A stretch of 64,000 nucleotides of DNA from Mobula birostris (lineage: Eukaryota): contig NC_092370.1 in NCBI RefSeq assembly GCF_030028105.1, forward strand, positions 242,836,005 through 242,900,004. Direction: 5' to 3'. This document shows positions 50,755 through 62,449 of this stretch, in pieces. The notes under the pieces were generated by a model that was not told the origin of the DNA, searched no databases, and saw only the letters and a program-made list of their open reading frames with translations. The number at the start of each line of letters is the position of its first letter. Within the stretch, counting starts at the first letter, position 1. Both the position numbers and the translations under genes were made by a program.

Positions 50755-51121
50755 TGGGCGACTGGGTGGAGATCAGTCTCTACCAAAGGAAGTGTAAGGC
50801 GTTCCTTCCCTCCTCTAGTCTGCAGATCATCCTTGCTTAGTCCACTGATCAGGGTCATGTGAAGCCATGGGAGCAGGTGGTGGATGGTCATACAAGCAGT
50901 TGGAACATATCACAAGCCCTGGTTATGCCACCACTGATACCAGGCATACAATCTCTGAAGAGTATTGATAATGGCTGGGGCCACCTGTCTTGCAAAGACA
51001 CTGCCCAGAAGAAGGCAATGGCAAACCACTTCTGTAGAAAAATTTGTCTAGAACAATCACGGTCATGGAAAGACCATGATCGGCCACATCAGATGACACA
51101 GCACGTAATGATGATGATGAT
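50755..51121 (+). mobile_element. BovB/Sauria-like RTE-associated SINE
   Basis: gaagaaggcaatggcaaaccacttctg motif and (tga)n tail; other copies at 58415-58935 and 60385-60770. Confidence 0.75.
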
Positions 51122-51770
51122 ATACTCTATATGCCTTTGACAATAAATTTGAACTGGAGCTTGAAAGGTGTCAAGTACAAGCAAGTCCTTCCCCCCCCCC
51201 CCCAAAGACTTTCCCCATCATGCAACCATTTAACAGCAACAAATTATATTTATTAAGCACTTCTTAAATTCTTTTCTCTGTATTAAAGAACCTTAGATCC
51301 AATGAATTAGGGTTATTGTGAATCCACTGCTGTTTTGTGGACACACTACTCAGTTGTACCTGTTAAGTTGCCAGATGTCTGAACAATCTGTGAAATCTAT
51401 GTTCTAATGATACGCACCCCACTCCTAATATAGAGCCTAGCAGCTGTGAGAAAGGACTGAGGCATCTGTCCCATGTACCAACAGTAACACAACTAATTTT
51501 TTTTTATCCATTACATATGGGGTGTTTCTTCTGTTATGATTTTAAATTAATGATAGACTGTGAAAAGTGGTATGGAATGTAATGATTAAGTTACTGAACT
51601 AGCTGTCAGTGACATATGTTTGAATCCAATCCTGTCAGTGGGAGATTCTAACTTCAAGGGATTCAATCAACCTAAAATGAAACTGTCTGATTATAGTTAA
51701 GTTCCAACCTGTTCACCAATGTTCTTCGGGGAAGAAACATTTCTGCTGTACTTAACATTCAAAATTCAAG

Positions 51771-52115
51771 TAATGCACACAAAATGCTGGAGGAAGTCAG
51801 CAGGCCAGGCGTCTATGGAAAAGAGTAGACAGTTGATGTTTTGGGCCGAGACCCTTCACCAGGACTGAAAGATTTGTCCTTCCAGCAGTTGACCATCTGT
51901 TCCATTTGCCTGTTACCTTCACTCTATTTCTATTGGGTCCTGTCCCCCAACTGTTCCCAGCTGCCCACCCACCTTCCTTATTTGGTTCCATGGGTCTTGG
52001 CCTGAAATGCCAACTGTTTACTCTTTTCCATCGATGCTGCCTGGCCTGCTGAGTTCCACCAGTATTTTGTGTGCATCACTTGTATTTCCAGCATCAGCAG
52101 ATTTTCTCATGTTTG
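51771..52115. mobile_element. Inverted Penelope pLTR-end pair
   Basis: Two opposed arms; duplication attcaaaattcaag at 51757-51770 and 52116-52129. Confidence 0.75.
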
Positions 52116-52185
52116 ATTCAAAATTCAAGATAATTTAATGTTGCTTGCAGTACGCAAGTGTAAGGAAGAACAAAATAATTGCGAT

Positions 52186-52428
52186 ATACACAAGCGATTC
52201 TGCAAATGCTGAAAATTCAGAACAACACATACAAAATGCTGGAGGAACTCAGCAGGTCAGGCAGCAGCCATGGAGATGAATGAATAGCCATCAGATTGTG
52301 TTGAGACACTTCATCAGGACTTTGGGCTGAGAACTGATGAAGAGCCTCGGCTTGAAACCTTGACAATTTATTCCTCTCCATAGACGCTGCCTGAGCTGCT
52401 GAGATCCTCCAGCACTTTGTGTGTGTGA
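52186..52428. mobile_element. Inverted Penelope pLTR-end pair with two opposed hammerhead relics
   Basis: ttcatcaggac (minus) faces ctgatgaagagcctcggcttgaaac (plus). Confidence 0.7.
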
Positions 52429-52599
52429 TTATTACCTGTCTTCTCCTTTTGGCCTAAATGAGGGATATGTAATAGTTCCAGTAACATCTGCATTCTGAGG
52501 ATGCGGTTTGGTATGAGAAAAGAAAAGGCTGTGAGATGAATCTATAACTGAGCAAGCCCATCACTGGGTCATTAAATCACACTGGCAGATTCCACAATA

Positions 52600-52830
52600 G
52601 ATTTGAAGCATGTTGTCAACCAGCTGCATGTAGTTTGCTGCTCTGTAGTCGCCAAGGAAGTTATCAACAACATTCTCGAATGCCTTCCATGCGATTTTCT
52701 TTGCTCCCACTAGACGTCCTTAGAGTTGCCTGTCATTGATAACCTGTTTGATTTCTGGACAAATGAAAGTCCTTTCTTTAATCTTGGCATCAGCTATTCT
52801 GGGTAACATCTGTCTCCAATATCGAAATCC
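52600..52830 (-). pseudogene. DNA transposase relic, probably Chapaev/CMC-type
   Basis: Manual translation GFRYWRQMLPRIADAKIKERTFICPEIKQVINDRQL*GRLVGAKKIAWKAFENVVDNFLGDYRAANYMQLVDNML matches the remembered AKIKEGIF.GP..AW..F..VV.NFLGN..A.NY..LV..ML transposase motif. Confidence 0.6.
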
Positions 52831-53299
52831 ATCATGGAAATTTATAGTCTTTCTAACGCCTTTCCGGCCACACAGCATCTGCACTGCCTAAACCTGCCCA
52901 AGAATGCCTGGACAAGATAGAAAACTTTTCAGCTTACATCTGGCAACATTTTAAGGGACTTGAATTATGAATTGAAGTAACAAATACATGTGATTTCAAA
53001 AAAATGGTGTGTGATAGGGAAACTTCATGGTGGTTTTCATGATCTGTAGCCTAAGATCCATAAGGTACATCCAAAAGTATTCAGGAATCAAAATCTTTGT
53101 TGTCCAGTGTTACCTCCCCTCTATCTTTCAATCCAGATGTAGGCTCCTGATTCTTCATTTCCCCCCATTGATACTCACTGAGTTCCTCAAACAGTCCCTT
53201 TGCTCCATGTTCCAGTGTCTGCAAACCTTTATGACTCTAACGTTTGCGGTGATATCTAGCATGCAGATATCAAAATGGAATGAGAGAAATCTGTCAAAA

Positions 53300-53775
53300 T
53301 TAGTCAAAAGGCAACAGAAAGTGATGGACACAGCACAGCCCATCGATGGCAAAGCCCTCCCCAGTATTGAACATATCTACATAGAGCATTCCTACAAAAA
53401 TACAGCATCCATCATCAAAGATTCCCACCACCCAGGCCATGTCCTCATCTTGCTACCAGCAACAGGATGGACAGAAGCATTAGGTCCCACACCAGCAGGT
53501 TTAGAAATCGTTTTTATCCGACCATCAGCAGGCTCCTGAACCTGCGTCATCTGCCACTAGTCTGAACTGATTCAACAACCTACAGGCTCAATTTCCAGGA
53601 ATCTTGACAAGTTATGTTCTCGGTATTATTTGCACAGTTTGTCTTTTTTTGCACATTGGTTGTTTGTCAGTCTTTCTCTGTTTATATATAGTTTTTCACA
53701 AATGCTATTGTATTTCATTTTTTTCTGTAAATGCCTCTGAGAAATTTCATCTTAAGGTAGTATATGGTAACATAT
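53300..53775 (+). mobile_element. Rex1/Babar LINE 3' end
   Basis: QKVMDTAQPIDGKALPSIEHIY..ASIIKDSHHPGH followed by 3'UTR. Confidence 0.8.
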
Positions 53776-54289
53776 ACAGCACTGTGTAAAAGTCTCAGTC
53801 ACATATGTATAGCTAGAGTGTCTAAGACTTTTACATAGTACTGTAGAAATTTTATGTATTGCACTGCACTGCTGTCACAAAACAAAAAAGTGTCATGACC
53901 CATGTGAGAGATGATAAACCTGATTCTGATATGGGTCCCTCTTGTGGACTGAGAGTAGAAATCATGGTTGGGAAAGGAGAAGGGAGAGGGGAAGGAGCAG
54001 GAAGCACCAGAGAAATAATCTGTAACGATCAATAAGCTAATTGTTTGGAACCAAGTGACCTCCCTGCTGTCTCAGGGTTGGATGTGTCTGTGTCTGCATC
54101 TGCACCACCCCCCACCGCTGACATTCCCTTTCTGCTACCTGTCCCATACCCCTCCCACGGCACTCCACCCTCGCCATTCTCGACACCATTTGCTTCCACC
54201 AGATTTATAAACTCATCCGTCACTCCACGTTGACAAGTACAGTACTGTACAAAACTCCTCAGCACCCTAGCTATAAGGTTTTATTTTAT

Positions 54290-54530
54290 CTTATTTAGAG
54301 ATGCAACACGGCAAAAGGCACTTAGAGTCCCTGCCGCCTAATTACACACGTGCGACTAATTAACCTATTAATCTGTATGTCTTTGGACTGTGGAAGGAAA
54401 CTGGAACTCCCAAAGGAAACCCATGCAGTCATGAAGTGAACGTTCATACTCCTCACAGCCAGTGGCGAAATTCAACCCGAGTTGCCGGTGCTTTAATAGC
54501 GTGATGCTAACCACTTGCACTACAGTGCTG
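54290..54530 (-). mobile_element. V-domain SINE
   Basis: V body on the minus strand. Confidence 0.7.
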
Positions 54531-55884
54531 TCCCTAGACTTGTTTAATATCAGATCTATCATAGGGGGATGTGAGGGGTAAGATTTTTTACTCAGAGAAT
54601 GGTGGATGTCTAGTATGGTGGTGGAGGCAATTATGTTAGAGGCTTTCAAGAGATGTTTGGATAGACACATGGATGTAAGGAAGATGGAGGGATAAGGACA
54701 TGGTGTAGGTAGGAAGGGTTGGTGTTTGGGTGTATTTGATTTGCTTTTTAGCTGGTTTGACACAACTTTGTGGGGCAAATGACCTGTTCCTGACCCGTCC
54801 TGTTCCAGGCTCTATTGCAGCTTTGACTCTTTTGGATGGCTTCTGCACATCTGGATGAGATCGTAACAGTTGTAGCTCTCTGTCCAATTTACTGAGAACC
54901 CGGACTCTAGCTTGCAAATTAGAGGGCTATAAATTAAGTGATGTATAGTATTATCTGAAAAGTTATGATCCTCAAGGGTGTAATATTTAAAGAATCTCAT
55001 GCCATGAGACCATTTGCGATTTGCAAGTAAGTCAGAAATCAATCTGGTGACGTTGTTTATTCACACATTTATTTTCAAAGAAGCAGGTGCAAAGTCATAA
55101 GGGGCCAGCGATAATTCAGAGATGTAGGAACATCCCTGTATAGTCTCTTCAAACCCCAAAGCATCAGTGCTCTGACGGTCTGTGATTCATTCCTGCCCAT
55201 CGTATCTCTGTCACCGATTAGGAAGAAGCCATGCGTCAGGATTTAGAACATAGAAGAGTACAGCACAGAAGCAGGCCCCTCAGCCCACAATGTTGTGCCA
55301 AACCAAATAAATTAGTAATTATACGGTCAACCAAGAAAGAAAAGAACAGCAGTACCATCATCAACACCCAAATCCCTTCTCCCACACAAAAAAATGAACA
55401 AGAACGGAACAGGCATTTCGATCCCCGAATCCTCCTCCCGTGCACACAAAAAAAAACAAGAAAGATTGGGTGAAAAGCACCGAACATAAAAAACTATAAG
55501 TCTGAAAAAAAGTCTATAGTCCAAGTCCATATCCAAAATGCAAAAAACCTGGGTAAGACTCTCCGGGCCCAGTGGCAGGCCTTTCCCTCGCTGGCAGTGA
55601 ATGATCCTACCAGTGATTAAAAGGCAGTCTCCCCTCTCCGTCAGTGAACAATACCACCAACATTCAAAAGGCAGTGTCCACTCCCTGGTAGCAATGTGAT
55701 CTTACCAGTGATCAAAAAGCTGTCTCTCGTAGTTATCTGGAGAAGGAGAATTTCAGAGTTGTATATTATGATGATAAGTAACCTTTTGGACCTTTGACCT
55801 AATCCTTTCTGCCTACCCAATATCCATGTCTTTTAATTTCCTCACATTCATGTGCCTACCTAAAAAACTCTTAAAAGATGTTTA

Positions 55885-56340
55885 GAGGCCATGTGCTATC
55901 ATGAGAGGCTGGATGAACTTGGGTTATTTTCTCTGGAGCGTCGGAGACTGAGGGGAGATCTAATAGAGGGTTATAAGATTATAAGAAGCATGGATAGAGT
56001 GGACAGAAAGTATCCGTCTCACAGGGTTGAAATATGTAATATCAAAGAGCATGCTTTGAAGGTGAGAGGGGGTAGGTTCAAAGGGGATGTGAGGGGTAAG
56101 TTTTTTACTCAGAGAGTCATGGATGCCTGGGATGCATCGCCTGGTATCATGGTAGAGGCAAATACATTAGAGGCTTTTAAGAGTCATTTAGGTTAACACA
56201 TGAATGCGAGGAAAATGGAAGGGTATGGACATTGTATAGGCAGAAGGGATTAGTTTTATTGGCTATTTAGTTACTGACATGATTCATTTTGTACGATGTT
56301 TTGGGCCAAATGGCCTGTTCCTGTGCTGGGCTCTTCTAGT
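55885..56340 (+). mobile_element. CR1 3' end
   Basis: YHERLDELGLFSLERRRLRGDLIEGYKII..RGKFFTQRVMDAW. Confidence 0.9.
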
Positions 56341-57376
56341 TCTAAGTCAGTAATGTACCTGGCTCTACAAATCTGGCTTTAAACCAGCTTTATTACCATG
56401 TATACCATGGAGTCAATCTTAGTCGCCAGGAGCACAAGGTCTTGCCGTCCATCCTTTACCGCCGTACATTCCTTGGGAGTCCTTGCTTATTTTGATCCCA
56501 GTATTTTGTGCTTTGTGCTTTGGACCAAAATTCGAGGTGAATTCCAGCCCTATATATCCTGTAATAGTAGTAGAGGTCAAAAAGTAAGAAATACTCAGCC
56601 AATCAGGCAGTAGCTCTGGAAGGGAAATATTGAGCCAACATTTTAGAACAGGGGCTCAAATGATGAGCTGAATGGTCTAACTCTACTTTTATGGACTCAG
56701 TACATCCCAGATAATGTTTTAATGGTAATTAGAACTGAGATAAAAGTTTCATTTTAGTCATTAATACTCAGGCTGTGGGTGATTATTGGCCATAATCTGT
56801 ATATTAACACCAAATCTCTGGATTCAAGTGCAGTCTGTGGTTGATATCACACTGCAAAGTGAGTTCTTTTTGTCTTCATGGACTTAACCCATTTCTGAAT
56901 TTACCCTGCATTTTTTCCAAGCTGGTTTTGTAAATATCTAGCCCAGATTTAATGAGTTCAAGCTGAAGTACTTTGAACCTTATAGGTCAGCTGTCTCCTT
57001 TTTTGAAGTGCCACCTACTTTCATTGGCTCAGAGGAAGCAATCAGAATACAAATAGCTATATCCTTTTGCACAATCAATCTCTCTTTATAATAAAACATA
57101 CTGCATGCTTGGATGTCAGTTCTTTGCTCCTCTCAGTGACGAATGGAGATTTGTTGCAATGATGAATTCAGTCCTACCAGAACACAACTTAAGGGGAACA
57201 TGAGGGGGAACTTCTTCACTCAGAAAATGGTGAGACTGTGGAATGACCTGCCAACGGAAATGGTGGATGCAGATTCGAGTTCAATATGTAGGAGAAATTT
57301 GGATAAGTACATGGATGGGAGGGGTATGAAGGGATGCGGTGAAGGTGTGGGTAGATGTGAATTGGCAGAATAATAG

Positions 57377-57938
57377 CAACACACACAAAAGTTGCTGGTG
57401 AACGCAGCAGACCAGGCAGCATCTCTAGGAAGAGGTACAGTTGACGTTTCCGGCCGAGACCCTTCGTCAGGACTAACTGAAGGAAGAGCTAGTAAGAGAT
57501 TTGAAAGTGGGAGGGGGAGGGAGAGATCCGAAATGATAGGAGAAGACAGGAGGGGGAGGGATGGAGCCAAGAGCTGGACAGGTGATTGGCAAAAGGGATA
57601 TAAGAGGATCATGGGACAGGAGGTCCGGGGAGATGGAAAAGGGGGAGGGGGGGAAATCCCAGAGGATGGGCAAGGGGTATAGTGAGAGGGACAGAGGGAG
57701 AAAAAGGAGAGAGAGAAGAAGAATGTGTGCATATAAATAAATAACGGATGGGGTACGAGGAGGAGGTGGGGCATTAGTGGAAGTTAGAGAAGTCAATGTT
57801 CATGCCATCAGGTTGGAGGCTACCCAGACGAAACGTCGACTGTACCTCTTCCTAGAGATGCTGCCTGGCCTTCTGCGTTCACCTGCAACTTTGTATGTGT
57901 TATTTGAAATTCCAGCATCTGCAGATTTCCTCGTATTT
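57377..57938 (-). mobile_element. Penelope-like insertion with 5' inverted pLTR segment (57830-57938 on +)
   Basis: 12-bp duplication gcagaataatag at 57365-57376 and 57939-57950; near-identical to 48630-49080. Confidence 0.9.
57438..57475 (-). ncRNA. Minimal hammerhead ribozyme (core intact, stem mismatches)
   Basis: AGUC-CUGACGA-AGGGUCUCGGCCG-GAAACGUC-AACU. Confidence 0.65.
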
Positions 57939-58414
57939 GCAGAATAATAGTTCAGCATGGACTACCTGAGCTTAAAGGCCTGTTTCTATACTTAGTGCTT
58001 CATGACTCTATGACTTCTATAACAGGAGTTATGCTTTGACCTGTGCAGCGTGACAAATTTAAAGGACCCATCGAGGAGTCATCAACAAAGCAATGGTGTT
58101 TATTTTCTGTCACGTAATCAATAAATGAGATCACTAGAAAGTGAATCTAGAACTTGTCATTTTTGATCAGTCAGATGTTACTTTACTCCACTGTGGTTTC
58201 ACATAAGCTTTAAACGAGATATTAAGGAGAGATGATGAAGTCTGAAAATCCAGGAAACTGACATATGAAGAATGACTTCTATGTTAGATATCTTGTATCC
58301 TTCTTCCTAAGAATAACTGAGTTGATTGGAATTGGGATTGGTTTGTTTTTGTCACATGTACTGAGATACAGTGATACTTGTCTTCCATACTTCTCTTACA
58401 AATCAAATCATACA

Positions 58415-58935
58415 CCATCATGATGTGCCATGTCGTAATGAAGCTTAGGAAAATAGAGGACTATGCAGTAGGGTAATCGAGGCTGTTTCTAGAGTAGGTT
58501 ACATGGTTGGCACAACATTGTGGGCCGAAGAGCCTGGAATATGCAGTAGATTTTTATGATTCCTTGACATGGAGGATCATGGTCTTTCCATGACCATGAT
58601 TGTTCTTGGCAAATTTCTCGACAGAAGTGGTTTGTTATTGCCTTCTTCTGGGCAGTGTGTTTACAAGACAGGTGATCCCAGCCATTATCAATACTCTTCG
58701 CAGATTGTCTGCCTGGTGTCAGTGGTCGCATAACCAGGGCTTGTGGTGAGACAGCAGCTACTCATAAGAGCATCCACCACCTGCTCCCGTGGCTTCACAT
58801 GACCCTGATTGGTGGGGTGGCGGGGGGGGGGGGGGGGACATTAAGCTGGTGCTACACCTTGCCCGAGAGTGACCTGCAGGCTAGTGGAGGGAAAGAGCGT
58901 CTTACACCTTCTCTGGCAGAGGCATATCTCCACCT
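58415..58935 (-). mobile_element. BovB/Sauria-like SINE interrupted by a CR1 tail fragment (about 58445-58560)
   Basis: Homologous to 50755-51121. Confidence 0.7.
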
Positions 58936-59221
58936 CATAGGACATTGAGGCCATGCAACGTAAAACAACGCAGAGTGAAGTGTAACAGCTACAGAGAAAG
59001 TGCACTGCAGGTAAGCAGTAAGTGCAAGATCATAACAAGATAGATTGTGAGGTTAAGAGTCCATTTTGACATAATAGGAAATGGTTCACTTGTCATAAAA
59101 CAGCAGGATAAACGCTGTCTTTGAGCCTGATCATAGATGTTTTCAGGATTTTGGATCTTCTGCCCAGTGGGAGATGGGAGAAGAGGGAGTACCCAGGTGG
59201 GTGGGCCTTTGATTATGCTCA

Positions 59222-59985
59222 CAAATGAAAGAAAATCTGCAGATGCTGGAAATCCAAGCAACACACACAAAATGCTGGAGGAACTCAGCAGGCCGGGCAA
59301 CATCTGTGGAAAAGAGTACAGTCAACATTTTGAGCCCAGAGCCTTCGGCAGGACTGGCAAAAAATACGGAGGAGTAGATTTAAAAGGTGGGGGAGGGGAG
59401 AGAGAAACACCGGGTGCTAGGTGAAACCTGAGGTTCATCTCTCCCCCAACACACATCAAAGTTGCTGGTGAACACAGCAAGCCAGGCAGCATCTCTAGGA
59501 AGAGGTACAGTCGACGTTTCGGGCCGAGACCCTTCGTCAGGACTAACTGAGGGAAGAGTTAGTAAGAGACTTGAAAGTGGGAGGGGGAGGGGGAGATCCA
59601 AAATGATAGGAGAAGACAGGAGGGGGAGGGATGGAGCCAAGAGCTGGACAGGTGATAGGCAAAAGGGATATGAGAGGATCATGGGATAGGAGGCCCAGGG
59701 ACAAAGAAAAGGGGGAGGGGGGAAAAACCCAGAGGATGGGAAAGGGGTATAATGAGAGGGACAGAGGGAGAAAAAGGAGAGAGAGAGAAAGAATGTATGT
59801 ATATAAATAAATAACGGATGGGGTACGAGGGGCAGGTGGGGTCCACTGCCTCCTCTACTGTAAGCCACACTCAGGTTGGAGGAACAACACCTTATATTCC
59901 GTCTGGGTAGCCTCCAAACTGATGGCATGAACATTGACTTCTCTAACTTCCGCCAATGCCCCACCTCCCCCTCGTACCCCATCTC
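59222..59985 (-). mobile_element. Stacked Penelope pLTRs: older copy 59222-59445, younger copy 59447-59842, inverted GIY-YIG tail 59843-59985 (+)
   Basis: LEEQHLIFRLGSLQTDGMNIDFSNFR on +; pLTR on -; inverted overlap gatggggtacgagggg / cccctcgtaccccatc. Confidence 0.85.
59508..59545 (-). ncRNA. Minimal type I hammerhead ribozyme
   Basis: AGUC-CUGACGA-A-GGG(UCUCGG)CCC-GAAAC-GUC-GACU. Confidence 0.85.
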
Positions 59986-60365
59986 CTCTTGTAGGTGTAT
60001 CTACATATTGTGTCAAGAAACCTTCTTGAATACACCTAACAAACTCCACCCCATCTAATCCCCTCGCTCTAGGGACACGCCAATCGATATTTGGGAAATT
60101 AAAATCTTCTACCATGACAACCCTGTTATTATTACACTTTTCCAGAATATGTCTCCCTATTTGCACCTCGATGTCCCTGTTATTATTGGGTGGTCTTTAA
60201 AAAAACACCCAGTAGAGTTATTGATCCCTTCCTGTTTCTAACTTCCACCCAGAGACTCTGTAGACAATACCTCCATGTCTTTCTCCTTTTCTGCAGCCGT
60301 GACACTATCCCTGATCAACAATGCCATGCCCCCACCTCTTTTGCCTCCCTCCCTGTCCTTTCTGA
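59986..60365 (-). mobile_element. CR1 ORF2 APE endonuclease fragment
   Basis: RKDREGGKRGGGMALLIRD; VVMVEDFNFPNIDW; FLTQYVDTPTRG. Confidence 0.88.
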
Positions 60366-60384
60366 GAAGTAACAAGAGTTCAAG

Positions 60385-60770
60385 GCCAAGATCATCATCA
60401 TTAGGTGCCACGTTGTATGGCGTGGACAAGCATAGTCTTTCCATGACCATGATCATTCTTGGCAAATTTTTCTACCCAGGTGGTTTGCCATTGCCTTCTT
60501 CTGGGCAGTGTCTTTACAAGACAGGTGAGCCCAGCCATTATCAATTCTCCTCAGATATTGTCTGCCTGGCATTAGTGATCAATCAACCAGGACTTCTGGC
60601 AAGCACCAGCTGCTCATACGACCATCCACCACCTGCTCTCATGGCTTCATGTGACCCTGATCAGGGAGGGGTGAGGGGGTTAAGCAGGTGACTTGTGGGC
60701 TAGTGGGGGAGAAGGAGCACCTTACACCTCCCTCGGTAGAGATATACTGTATCTCCACCCCACCACATGT
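60385..60770 (-). mobile_element. BovB/Sauria-like RTE-associated SINE
   Basis: Homologous to 50755-51121; (atc)n tail at about 60390-60400. Confidence 0.75.
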
Positions 60771-60814
60771 GTGTTCTTATCAGGCTAAAATCCAGGTGTT
60801 ATAAATTATAGGGT

Positions 60815-60926
60815 CCTGAAGAAGGGTCTCAGCCCAAATGTCAACTTTGGAAATTCTTTGACCTGGTGAGTTCCTCCAGCACTGTGTGTTACTTTGGATT
60901 TCCAGCATCTGCAAACCTTCTCATGT
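60815..60926 (+). mobile_element. Short Penelope pLTR 3' end starting at the hammerhead core
   Basis: gtcctgaagaagggtctcagccc..; flanked by imperfect duplication ttataa..tatagggt. Confidence 0.6.
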
Positions 60927-61384
60927 TTATAACTATAGGGTATCTAAGACATTGAACATCGGGAAAAGACAAAAAAGACTTTATTCCCAGGACTTTAAGA
61001 ATACCTGATTGGGTAGGTAGGCAGAAGTTCATTTATCTTATATCCATTAGGGTCCTCAAGGTTCACAGACAGTCTAACAGTAGAACCAGGGCTAACAGGA
61101 ATGAATTAATAGATGGCTCTATATGCAAAGGTTGTTTGAAGTTTGCACCCTTCTTCTGTGAATGGCAATGTTTAGATGATTATTAATTTTCTTAATGATG
61201 GTTAAAGGTAATTAATTTTAAACTTAATGCTGATAGAAATTCAGTAAAAAAAGGAATTCCAATGATTTGACTTGACAATAGGACTTGATTCAATGCCTTG
61301 ACCAGTTGACTGATCTGTTCTTCCTATGTTCGTATAGCATTTGTAACATATACAGAATCAGTTAGATTGCAGGAACACATTCAG

Positions 61385-62370
61385 GAAACACTTCCTACAT
61401 TACTGTATGGAGCTGAATCATGATCTACCTACAACAGATACCTGAAAGCCCGGACAATGCTATCAAAGATTTTTATGTTTCTTTATGTTTCATATGAGGG
61501 GTGATTGATATGTTTGTGGCCTAAGGTAGAAGGAGTCATTTTTAGAAAACCTAGCACATTTATTTTTCAACATAGTCCCTTCCTATATTTACACACTTAG
61601 TCCAGCGCTTGTGGAGCATACGGATCTTGGACCTTCAGAAAGTGTCTGCAGACAGGTGATTGATAAGTTTATGGTCTATGGTAGAAGGAGACGCGTTATA
61701 CAGCTCTCGTTACATGCACATGCACGTCAACTCTTTGAGTGATTATGCAGAAAGTTTGAAGTTAATAACTCATCTCCTTCTACCTTAGGCCACAAACCTA
61801 TCAATCACCCCTCGTAAGATATTTCTTATGTTCTTATGTTTAAGAAAGATTTTCAGGATCGGTTGGATGGACAGAAGCACTAACACCAGCGTACCGGAGA
61901 AGGCCAACATGAACAGCATCTCCACCAGGATAAAGCAACACTAACTCCGATGGATAGGAACTGTCATTCAGATACTTAACTCACTTCTCCCCAGACAGAT
62001 CCTTTACTCTGAAAGTCAGTGAGCCTCTGATGAACAAAAGAACCACTTCAAAGGTAACATCGAAATTAGCCTGAAGAAATACAAGATTACATCTAAAAAC
62101 TGGGAAGGCATTGCATTCAATAGATGAACCTGGAGGAAATTCATTCTAGGGGGAGCTGCAATGCATGAGAACGACCTCCGCTATGTCACGGAGAACAAGT
62201 GGCAGCTGCAAAAGGAGAAAATGAACAACAGAAAGACCCAACCACTGACCACAGGCACCACTTACTCATGTCTGTACTACACCAGAATATGTGGATTGTG
62301 GATCAGCCTCTACAGCCACTTAAAGACCCACAAATAGACAACCCTTGAGGAGAACATCTTACTTGACTCA
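61385..62370 (+). mobile_element. RTE-clade LINE 3' fragment with C-terminal C2H2-like motif, interrupted by a MITE
   Basis: LPTLLYGAES; FRIGWMDRSTNTSV..LRWIG..LPRQILYSE; RICG..ISLYSHLKTH. Confidence 0.75.
61495..61814. mobile_element. Mariner-like MITE
   Basis: 41-bp TIRs (61495-61535 and 61774-61814, 2 mismatches) flanked by TA; extra internal TIR-like copy at about 61655-61690. Confidence 0.85.
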
Positions 62371-62449
62371 AATATTTGCAAGAAACATATATTCAGGACA
62401 ACCTGAGAGCTCAGCAATCTCTCTGTCCATGCATCCTTCACTATACCTT

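Larger units (their letters stand above)
57185..58010 (+). mobile_element. CR1 3' end interrupted by Penelope
   Basis: MRGNFFTQKMVRLWNDLP; resumes after 57950 and ends in an atgactct repeat. Confidence 0.8.

Noticed and set aside
53027-53539. 170-aa ORF
   Set aside because: The C-terminal half is Rex1 LINE sequence and the N-terminal half has no recognisable coding signal.
57220-59982. Long Pro/Leu/Ser-rich ORFs (184 and 200 aa)
   Set aside because: They are read-throughs of the pyrimidine-rich Penelope pLTR, which is naturally poor in stop codons.
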